A stretch of DNA of 64,000 nucleotides from Macrostomum lignano (Eukaryota), in assembly GCA_002269645.1 (NCBI GenBank), contig NIVC01000757.1:1-64000 (forward strand), written 5' to 3'. Below the pieces are notes generated by a model that worked only from the letters and a program-made list of their open reading frames with translations, made no database searches and had not been told where the DNA came from. The position numbers and the translations under genes are program-made. The first letter of the stretch is position 1; every line of letters begins with the position of its first letter. Shown piece by piece: positions 47,253 through 56,761 of the stretch.

Positions 47253-47499
47253 CTTTCTGTTCCTCGTTGTCCCTTCGTTTCGCAGCCCCCAGCTTCTCTG
47301 CTGTGGGCTGTCCTTGTTTCGTCAGTCTTGTTCTCCCTTGTCATGTGAGCTAGTCACATGACAGTGCCTTGCTTTCTTGGAGTCCTAAAGTGCAGTAAAC
47401 AACTTTACTGCCTTTGCCGGTCCTGTTTACCGGGGAGTCACATGCTTTCGGTACACTCCCTTCTCTAAGGAGAGGAGTGTGCACTCTGCCGGGGGACCC

Positions 47500-47900
47500 C
47501 AAGTGACGTCAGTTCTAAAAAATAGAACGAGTCACGGGGTCCCGAGTGCAAGGGGACTCTGCCCAGAGGCCAGGAGTGACGTCAGTTCTAAAAATAGAAC
47601 AAGTCACGAGATCTTGTGCAATGGGTCAGAGGTGGATCCCGCGCTATAAATAGGACCCCTCTCCCCCTTGTTTCCGTTAAGGGTCTTCTTTCTGTCCAAC
47701 CTCGAGTTCTACATCCGCGTGTGACTAAGTCCCGAGTGTCTGAGTCTTTGCGTACATTGAGTCTATTCCTATTGGTCCGACTGAGACCCGATCAAGCCGG
47801 GAAGCTCACCTCATCGAAGGCCGAGACCCGAAGGGACTGGTGGCAGCACTACCTACGCTACTGCGCGCTGAGAGGACTTCCCGCTGAAGGGGCACGAGGC
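47500..47900 (+). mobile_element. LTR-like segment with a duplicated CRE-containing block and a TATA box
   Basis: Direct repeat agtgacgtcagttctaaaaatagaac.agtcacg at ~47502 and ~47575; tataaat at 47645. Confidence 0.4.
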
Positions 47901-47949
47901 TTAAGGTAATCCGCAAGGGCCTAATCCGGGAAGCAAACAGCGTGTACTT

Positions 47950-49075
47950 CAAAATATTTGCGGGTTCGGCTCGGCTCCTGATATCGGGAGTCCGTTTTGT
48001 GTTCGACTATTGTTCACTAGTAGAAAACGCTGAAACATAGGGCCTTTGCAGCTATACGGCAGAGACAGCGCCTTCATGCAATAGACCAGATGCCTCGGAA
48101 TCATTCTAGACCACCTGGTTAAACTGCTCCTTCCACGTGAAAGTAAAAGCCAAGCAGGCCATCCCAGCCCAGCTCCGGCGAGCACTTGGCACTTTCTGGG
48201 GTTTATCACCAAAGCGTCTTTGGTGGATCTACATTTTTGTGTTTATACCTGCCATTGCGTACGCTTCTGTTGCCTGTGTTAGCGCCACCCAGGTCAAAAC
48301 CCATGCAGAGTTGCTCAACACGATCCAGGGTGGAGTGTGTAGGCTTATCTGCAACGCCACTAGGTCCACGCCTTTTGCAAGCATGGGGGCCTTCCTTGAT
48401 TTACCGCCTCTCGACCTCTTCGTCAGGGGTGAGGCGGCTAGAACGACGCGGCGTCTACTAGATGCCGTCGTCAAATTCCTCTACATGAGAGCACCTGCTA
48501 AGCGGAACCTCGTTCAACGTAGTGACCTGTGCCTCAATATTCTTAACGAGTGTCAGGCCTATCGCGTCTTCACCGAGGCATTGACTCAAAGCTGTATCTG
48601 AGACAACGCTACAACAAACAAAATTACCCTTTAGTGGGTTCTGGGGCACGTGAAGATCCGAGGGAATGAGCTGGCAAAAGTTGGCGTCCCCGGCTCCTCT
48701 CTCGGGCCCGAACCCCTTGTCCTGATTCCCGTCTGTGTCATTGATTCGCGCATCAAAGCGTGGATCAGGACCCAGTACCGGTCACCCAGCCCTCTCACCA
48801 ACTCCGAATGCTCCTCTTGCGCCTCTCGCGAGGAGACATTCGGGCTGCCACCATGACCTTCTTGGGTCACGGCTGCTTCTCCAGGCACCAGTACTTACAG
48901 GGCAATGCCACTGTAGTGCAACTGTAGTTTCTGCAACTCAAGTGATCAAACTGCTGAGCATTTTGTCAGCATCTATCTCGCCTTTACGCGAGCCAGACTC
49001 ACTTACCTCGGGCCACACACATCAATTACTGAAGCGTGCAAACCCGAAAATTTTAATCAGCTGCATCAAACGGAC
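47950..49075 (+). mobile_element. Internally deleted, decayed LOA-like LINE (RT C-terminus, end of RNase H, CCHC region)
   Basis: WGLSPKRLWWIY...PAIAYAS...IQGGVCRLI...TP...LDLPPLDL. 48630-49070 is clearly homologous to 35210-35700. Confidence 0.8.
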
Positions 49076-49189
49076 ATCGACGTCGTGTTGGCTGCAGGAG
49101 ACCTTCGTAACCATCATGGTTTTTCTTCGATCTTGTCAAAGGCGTCAGGGACTACCGCATCTGAAACTGCTACCTCAGATGTATCTGGG

Positions 49190-49560
49190 GTGTCTCATTC
49201 CAGCCGCTTTGGCTTGCCACTGACGTTAAGTGATGCCGTGGCACTCAACACATGTAGAAATTCGTCGAAGGTACTTCAGAGAGTGAAAAGTTGGCTAGTA
49301 ATGTTTTCACTACATAGATCACCGCTAGATTCCCCCACCTTCCAAATAAGGTGAGTGAATTGAATCATGAACAGCTACGGGACCTGTTGCCGCGATTCTT
49401 CTACGAAGTTCGCAAACAAAATGGAGAACGCTATCCGGCGGGATCGATTGTCTCCATCGCCGCAGGACTACAATGTATGGCCTGTACCAGCAGTAGACAA
49501 CCACCTGTGGACTTCTTTTGTGGCCCGGACTTCAAAGTAATCACGGACTCAATAGATGCT
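49190..49560 (+). pseudogene. Crypton-like (ZMYM/KCTD1/QRICH1-related) tyrosine-recombinase element N-terminal fragment
   Basis: SRFGLPLT...NTCRNSS...W, then ELNHEQLRDLLPRFFYEVRKQNGERYPAGSIVSIAAGLQ...FF...F..I..SIDA. This matches the LNxxLxxFxxEVRKxNGExYP pattern upstream of DUF3504. Confidence 0.65.
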
Positions 49561-49669
49561 GCCAATCAATATTATCTCCATCAAATTCAAGTCAATCAAG
49601 ACTCTCTCTGTAAAATTGAGATCTATAAAGATATGCTTTCTACTTGTCTAGTATATAATGTATATAATA

Positions 49670-49992
49670 GGGAGTGTAGCCTACTGGCTAGAGCGTCGGA
49701 CTCACGATTTGAAGGTCGGCGGTTCGATTCCCGATCCCACTGGAACAATTTGTGTCCTTGAGCAAGACACTAAACTCTGCATTGCTTCAGTTCACCCAGC
49801 TGTAAAATGGGTGCCAGCATTAGCTGGGATGATTGAGGGTGTGTGTGGCGATCCCCCAGTCCTTGGACTGAACAGCTCAGCCGCAGCTTTCAGATGTGCT
49901 GTGCAATAGCTGCGACTGAGCTGTCGGGTGCACATCTGGCCCAATTGGGAACAGGCGTAATCAATTATTATTATTATTATTATCATTATTAG
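49670..49992 (+). mobile_element. SINE family A, apparently full-length copy
   Basis: tRNA-like head (tagcctactggctagagcg, ggttcgattccc), CORE-like domain gtgtccttgagcaagacact...cagctgtaaaatgggtgcc, 3' region and (ATT)n tail. Confidence 0.85.
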
Positions 49993-50696
49993 TATCAAAA
50001 ATTCAAGGTAGAGGCGTCAGTGGTTAGGGTTATTAGGGTTAGGGTTAGCCTTATTTGATCGTTCTTTCATTTCATTGAATTTAGCATGGTTTGAATTGAA
50101 GAAAACGCAAGGCGGCTTTGTGTAATATTCAAATATTATATTTACAAAGGCACACTCCATCCACAGTAAGGAAAAGTTTTAAATTAAGAAGAAAACAAAT
50201 TAGTGGAATCTAGTAACGCTTATGAAATTGACATAGAAAATGCAATAAGGAGAACCAATAATCGACTTCTTACCGACGATCGACACCTACATGTATAATG
50301 CACGTTGCTACTTAATTTTTAATTGTATATTAACCCGCAACCCCACCAGCAGAGACAGAAAGAAAAAGCGGCGGCTGGCAGCGAGCACGAAGCAGCAATG
50401 AGAAGGGGAAGTCAACTTGAAAGCCCCCGTCGTGCGGCGGGGGAGGGCGTGAGGGAGAAGACGGCGCAAGTGGGGTGGGGTTAACACACTTGACACTGAG
50501 GCCCACGCAGCAAGCCTAGAGTAAAGTAGGCATCCTTTAAATCAACTATGGTCTCCACGTGGCTTGCTCGTCATTGCGCCCTAATTTCTTCTCAAGCGAA
50601 AGCAGTTAGACTCAAGCGATCGCCTCCATTTAAAGACACTTACGCCTTACGAATTATTAGACTTAAAAGGACCACCAATATAATTAGTGTATTATA

Positions 50697-52160
50697 ATGC
50701 TGCTGCTTCCTGTGGCCCTGGCTGCACTGCTCAGCTGCTCTCACGCGCACAAAATTTTCCAGTCCCGAATCCCGAACGGCGACCGCGTCCCGAACCCGTG
50801 CCAGCCAGGCGCCATCTGGGCCGGAGTCGGACACGAAAGCCCCGCCGGCGCCAATGCGAGAAACCCCTTCGGCTTGGACTTCAAGGCGGCCGGGCTCCAG
50901 TGGACGATCGACCTGTGCCGCAAGGACTCGGACGGCGACGGACTCAAAAACGGCCAAGAGCTCGGAGACCCCGACTGCGTGTGGAAGGTCGGTGCGGCTC
51001 CAGCGCGAACGACTGGACTGTCCCACCCTGGCATCTGCCCGCTCGACTCCGCGACGTGCAAGAACTCGTGGACCGTGTGTCCGAAGGCCTTCAGCTGTCC
51101 AGCACTTGACAGTGTCAACGTGACCGTCAGGAACTTCACCCTTAAACCGACTGCCGTGCCCGCCACTGAGACCACCTACATCTGTCAGGCGTTCGAGCTG
51201 AACAACACAGCCTCTCCGGTTCACCTGATCGGATCGAGGCCGATCATCGACAACAAGAACGTCATGCACCACATGATTATGTATGCCTGCACTGCAAAAC
51301 CCGCAGAGACACTTTTCAACAGTCCACAACCGTGTTTAATGCTCATTGAAAACTGCACCGAGTTGATGAACGTCTGGGCCTACGGACTTGAAGGTGAGTG
51401 CATCAACAGCAACGCGGGGTTCCGAATCGGCGGTGATGGCCTTCGGTACGGAGTTTTGCAGCTTCACTGGAACAACCCGATGAAACATTCAGGCTACACC
51501 GATGCATCTGGCTTTGCTCTTTACTTTGCACAAAACCTTCGACCATACGACATGGGAACTCTTATGTATGGCGAGATAAATCTCGTTCTTCCACCGCGAC
51601 AGCCGTTAATCAGCGTGAACCACACGTGCCCTTCGGTGTGCACGAACCGGTACCACACTGAGACTCGCTACATCACCGCAGCATTCATCCACATGCACGC
51701 TTATGGCATTAAAGGACGCATCTCGTTGTGGAGAAACGGAACTATGATTAAAGACCTGTCTCCTCTTCAAGTGTACGATTACAACTCACCGGAGATTCAT
51801 GCTTTCGACCCACCGATCGAATACCGGAAAGGTGACGAAGTAAAGACCGAATGCTATTACAGCACACTAAAAACCAACGTTTCAATCTTCTATGGCGAAG
51901 GCACCAGAGATGAAATGTGCTTCGCATTTGTATACTACTATCCGAACAATGTAGCCCAAAGTAACCATGACAAGCTCGGACACTGTGTCGTAGTATCTGG
52001 AATCAACCAGTGCTGGGTGGAGAGCGGCATCACTCCCCAAGTTGAGAGGGGTTGCAACATCACCGCGATGCGAAACGGTGACATGCCGAAACGAGTTTAT
52101 TCTGAAATGGCCGCCAACAAGTGCTTCTCTCGGACCGGCTGCGACCCGCTGTGGCTCTAA
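50697..52160 (+). CDS. Temptin-domain / DBH-like copper monooxygenase, paralog 3; 487 aa, truncated within the C-terminal Cys-rich domain (no TM)
   Basis: Uninterrupted ORF with signal peptide, temptin domain and all Cu ligands. Homology to paralogs 2 and 4 stops abruptly at gacccgctgtg (~52153) and a stop follows two codons later. AATAAA at ~52168. The missing 3' part is not found in the window. Confidence 0.82.
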   Translation: MLLLPVALAALLSCSHAHKIFQSRIPNGDRVPNPCQPGAIWAGVGHESPAGANARNPFGLDFKAAGLQWTIDLCRKDSDGDGLKNGQELGDPDCVWKVGAAPARTTGLSHPGICPLDSATCKNSWTVCPKAFSCPALDSVNVTVRNFTLKPTAVPATETTYICQAFELNNTASPVHLIGSRPIIDNKNVMHHMIMYACTAKPAETLFNSPQPCLMLIENCTELMNVWAYGLEGECINSNAGFRIGGDGLRYGVLQLHWNNPMKHSGYTDASGFALYFAQNLRPYDMGTLMYGEINLVLPPRQPLISVNHTCPSVCTNRYHTETRYITAAFIHMHAYGIKGRISLWRNGTMIKDLSPLQVYDYNSPEIHAFDPPIEYRKGDEVKTECYYSTLKTNVSIFYGEGTRDEMCFAFVYYYPNNVAQSNHDKLGHCVVVSGINQCWVESGITPQVERGCNITAMRNGDMPKRVYSEMAANKCFSRTGCDPLWL

Positions 52161-52238
52161 TACTGGAAATAAAAGTTAGTTATAGATAGAGCCACAGTGA
52201 GAGTCCTAGAAGACTACGGCAAAGTTCAATATTTAACA

Positions 52239-52475
52239 CCGACAGCTCAGCCGCAGCTACTGCAGCTATCTGTAGGCTGCGTACGGCTGTTCAGTCCAAG
52301 GTCTGGGGAGTCACCACACACAGCCTCAATTACCCCAGCTAATTCTGGCACTCATTTTACAGCTGAGTGAACTGAGGCAATGCAGAGTCAAGTGTCTTGC
52401 TCAAGGACACTAATTATTCCAAGTCGACCTTCAAGTCGTGAGTCCGACGCTCTAAGCACCCGGCTTCAATCCCCC
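52239..52475 (-). mobile_element. SINE family A copy (3'-truncated)
   Basis: Reverse complement matches the head and CORE-like domain of 49670-49930. Confidence 0.8.
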
Positions 52476-53404
52476 ATCTAGGCTACGAGTAAAAAGCATT
52501 AGCCTAATTAAGAATTAAAGCCACCTGTAAGAGAAGAACTGCACTTTACGCATGAAAAATAAACTATTATGACAATTATTATGACTATAGTCATAGATGA
52601 ACTTATATGGCAGCTACGGTAGGGCAGACTTGTGAACCTAAAAACGTAAACGTAAACTTCAAGTTTATTTTTTTCATAAAACTTCCGCGACTCATGTGAA
52701 GTTATTTACGAACTAGCTAGTTTGGCCTAATTACTAATAAGCATTAACAGTCTCTTTAAAACTGTTTTCCACTAACTTTTTGTACATGTAAATATGATAG
52801 GTAAATTAAAAAAATCACGATTATGGTTCGCAAATTAAAATTCGGATCTTGTCAAAAAAGCAAAAGTTCGACACTGTATTAGTTTCAGCTCTCATTCTTT
52901 TGCTTTTTTATATTTAAGAAAACCGTTTCTTCTTTCTGCCACCTAATGTTAACTTACATTTAACTTTAACATTACTCTTTGTGAATTAACTTTGAGACAT
53001 ACTGAGAATCCCTACTCAAAAGTTCAGACTTTTTAATTTTACTGTTGGACTATTTTCAATACAACTCGTACACTAAAACGTTTGCATAATCCCCTGACCA
53101 GTAATGCAACTGCTGTATTCAAAGCATTAAGTAGCCCGCTCTCCAATCAGTTAAACCGCGAGTCGTGTTGTATGCTATTTTTGAGAGGAACCATAAGCCA
53201 CAGAATAGACACAGAATGGCGAATCGGCAGTTCTCTATGAAAGCGAAAATAAATGCACTTGCACTACTAACGTTGTGAAGCTGATAAGTAGCTGCATTTT
53301 TTTGACGCAAAGTTGAATTTAAAAGTCTAGCTCAAGACAGCCTTTGAAAGCCTTTGCTGCGCTAACCTTGTAATTAATTTGTTCATAACGGTGCGTGCGC
53401 AAAG

Positions 53405-53701
53405 TCATGAGCAGTCATCAGCGAAGTGCTGGCTGCAGACGCACGCATTCTTCTACTTTGCCTCGTTCTTCCTGCCCAGCAGGTCAGCTCCGGAGATGCG
53501 CTTAGCCCAATCTTTTCATCTAAAACGAAAAGGGGTGTGGTAACGTAAAAACGCTATTATAATTTTTAAGAATTATCGAGCTGCCACTCACCGCTCTCTG
53601 GCTGCTGGAAACCGGTGAAATCTAGTGCCCGGCGGACACTTGCCGGCGTAGTTGAGGCATCCGTATGCAGCGCACTGAAGCCTCGAAGCAGACGCAGTCA
53701 T
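53405..53701 (-). pseudogene. Intron-containing THAP-domain pseudogene (P-element-like)
   Basis: MTASASRLQCAAYGCLN...FHRFPAARER | intron 53591-53520 (GTGAGT...TTTTAG) | *KDWAKR..ADL...*KNACVCSQHF. Contains in-frame stops. Confidence 0.7.
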
Positions 53702-54479
53702 GCAAAAACAGTATCACAAAAAACTGCGTATTCAAACTCTAGCAGATATGCCTTCGGTATTAGCACTTTTGAAGCCAAACCTTGCTTCAGCAGCACCAGC
53801 TTGGGCCATAGAGTATGCAATACAGCAAAGACAGGCTAGCGCTCGTGCTAGAACGCCCAAGGCATGCTGTCTATGGAACTAACTTAAAGCGCAGAGGCAC
53901 CAGAAGGCAGGGCCAGCCTTTAAGTAGTTTCTAAAATAGCACAGTTTGGAAGGGGGTGGGTTGGTTGGTTGGTGGGTTGGAGGTTGGGTGGGTTCGCTCA
54001 ATGTAAGCAGATACACGAAGACGAAAAAATACAGTTGGCGATGGAGCACATCAAAATTCATTTTTTAATTTTGTCATTCGTATAATAATATTACGATAAC
54101 TTCTACAAGGAGTGGATATAAAAGAGTTTAAAAAATATTGCACATTGCAATTTTAAGTAGTGCAAAAACATTTATTGGATTGAGTAGCTATGGCGATCGA
54201 AAAGTGTAGCAAATATTTGTGTACCGCGTTTGACAACTATAATGCTTAATGTGTGCATAATGTAAGAGGATGACAAGGCTCGTGTGTACGAGCGTAATTG
54301 CAAAGTTGTACTCAAATATTAGAAAGTAAAATTACCGGTTCCATTGGAGAGTTATAGATCGAATAGTGAATGCTAAATAAACCAAACATGTAAGTGTTAA
54401 TAAGTGTGGCAATATTAAAGTGTAAAAAAAGAGGATAGAAAACGTTGCAAAGGGCAGGACATTTTAGGCCGAATGAATA

Positions 54480-55440
54480 GTTATAGAGTGAAAGTTATTC
54501 TGGAGTGAGGTGTCAAAGATCAGGTTGCTGCTGAGCCACAGCTGGGGACGAAATGTGCGCCAGCCCTCGGAGGCAGTCCAGGTGGCAGTCAAGCGGCCCA
54601 TCCTCTCGCCAATTAAGGTTGCAAGCCCTCTCAGCGCCGATGTGGCTGAGCGAGGTGAGGTTGACGACGGCCAGCAGCTTGTTGAAGCGTGTCGACAGGC
54701 CGCAGCACGTGTGATGCTGCGCTTCCGGACATTTGCCCTCCGGCACTTCCCCTCCGGCACTTGCCCTCCGGCACTTCCCCTCGGCGGCGTTTGCCCTCCG
54801 GACATTTGCCCTCCGGGACATTTCCCCTCCGGACATTTGCCCTCCGGACATTTCCCCTCGGGGACATTTGCCCTCCGGACATTTGCCCTCCGGACATTTC
54901 CCCTCCGCACATTTGCCCTCTGCAAATTTACCCCCTCGCACATTACTCACCTCACCTCCTCCTGTACCCACCCGTCGTTCCTCCAGCACCAACCTCATCC
55001 TCCCGCCTCTTGCATCCATCAGGTTCTTCTCCAGCCAACAACTCATCCTTTTCTAGTAAGCAATATATACCCGCGCCCTACCCTATCCCCAGCCTTACCT
55101 GTACTTTTCCAGAGGGGAAATGTCCGGAGGGCAAATGTCCGGAGGGGAAATGTCCCCGAGGGCAAATGTCCCCGAGGGCAAATGTCCGGAGGGCAAATGT
55201 CCGGAGGGCAAATGTCCCCGAGGGCAAATGTCCTCGAGGGCAAATGTCCGGAGGGGAAATGCCGGAGGGCAAATGTCCGGAGGGCAAATGCCGGAGGGCA
55301 AATGTCCGGTAGCCGTGATGCTGGCATTCCACCATCATTCGGGTGCTCGTCGCGGCGCAGTCCGCTGGCAGTTTGTTTTCGTAGACGAGCCACGTTAAGA
55401 AGCCGCCACTTCACAGATGCTCTTGGTGAAGCTTGCAGGA
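54480..55440 (-). pseudogene. Possible decayed hAT transposase dimerisation region, interrupted by the foldback MITE
   Basis: After removing the MITE the minus strand reads PE*WW..., LLAVVNL...GAERA, ...GERMGRL across frameshifts. Weak resemblance only. Confidence 0.3.
54720..55314. mobile_element. Small Foldback/MULE-like MITE (595 bp) with inverted arms of 15-16-bp tandem units
   Basis: Left arm ggacatttgccctcc units (~54725-54925); right arm is the reverse complement (~55110-55310). Termini cgcttccggacatttgccc / ggctaccggacatttgccc. 9-bp TSD gtgatgctg at 54711-54719 and 55315-55323. Confidence 0.85.
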
Positions 55441-55644
55441 GGGTAAGATCGATTGGGATGCAAAGAATTGTGACATCCATGAGTCTGCGGCCGGCGCGAA
55501 TTTCGGTCGCCGTCTAAAGGGCGCGACATTGGTTCGCACCTCGCAGGTGTAGGTCCCGGTCGCTGGTAGCGCTTTTGGCGCTGCTGCTGTTGCCGCCGTA
55601 GGTGCTGATGTTGGCACTGCTGTTTTCACAGGCGCTGCCGCTAC

Positions 55645-56090
55645 TGTGTGTGTGTGTGTGTCGTCGGAACGAGTAACCGACCAGAGCCACTCCGGGTTTG
55701 GCTGACCGAAGGAATCTTAACACCAAGTCCTCATTACTTAAGTCCTCAAGCAAGTGCGCATCGAGAGCTCACCGAAGCCAGTCTCACTTAGGGCACAGGA
55801 ACCAGTGATCTTTGTCTTCAGTACTCCCGCATTCGGGGAAAGGCTCGGGGGTGCCAGCCCCACTATCTGACTCCAGTAGTTAGTGAGGCGACAGTGTCCC
55901 GTGCGTAACTGCGAGAGTCGAAACTTTATGGTTGGTGGTAATTCTGGCGATTTTTCCTTTTGGTAGATCTTCTTGAGCCTGTCATCATTAGGACCCCAAG
56001 TCTGCGAAGCTTTGATATGTCGCCGGGTCACATCGTAGTCGAGGGTCAGCTCCAGGTCCTACGGGCAGGTCCTAACGAAGAAGATGTGAC
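55645..56090 (-). mobile_element. 3' fragment of an I-group-like LINE with a (CA)n tail
   Basis: LSQLRTGHCRLTNYW, then after a frameshift PECGSTEDKDHWFLCP. (CA)n run on the minus strand at ~55645-55661. Confidence 0.6.
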
Positions 56091-56761
56091 ACGCGAATGA
56101 GCAACGTGAGCAACAAAAATTTGCTGAACTCTTTTTTTAATATAGATTAATTGAAGTTATTCATCCAGAGGCGCAGGACCGAATGAATAGGTAAAATAAT
56201 TTCTTGGCCCGAAATTCATAACGCACGTTCCACGCATGCGCACAAGCATATTCCCCAACTTGAATGAGTTTATCTGTCACACGCATTATGCCAGTCTACT
56301 AGAAAAAATCGATGCTTATCCGGCTGCCGAATGGTTTCCTACTCTTCCAGCCCCCAACGCATGCTAGAAAAGCAGCTCTGGGCTCACGCAGGCGTTGCAA
56401 TGCCATTACTCTAAGTTAGACTACTAGGAGGCCAGTAAATTGTGAATCTCTTTCTTCTTACACCACTGCTCTTCCTGGTGCAGTTCCACCCCCATACAAA
56501 CCCAATACACTGGGCAATGGGTTGAAGGACAAACTTGAAACATGCTTGCTGACTGCCCAAACTACTGCTGACTACCCACCTCTTATTATCCATATTAAAA
56601 CAGCTGTTTCTGTCTACCTCCCTCTTTCCGCACAGAAATTCTTCTTTTGGTTTCTGTCTTAGAGAGATTAGAGATCATTGACCTCCATCTAAATACTATT
56701 AAGTTACGCATTACGCATTTTTAAAATATCCAGATATATACGAGCGAATTAGTATACCATA

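Noticed and set aside
50024-50048. Short (TTAGGG)n as a telomere or chromosome-fusion scar
   Set aside because: Only about 3-4 interrupted units; such runs are common in repeats and by chance.
54464-55517. Multiple long ORFs with EGKCP/GHLPS repeats
   Set aside because: These are translations of the 15-bp units of the foldback MITE.
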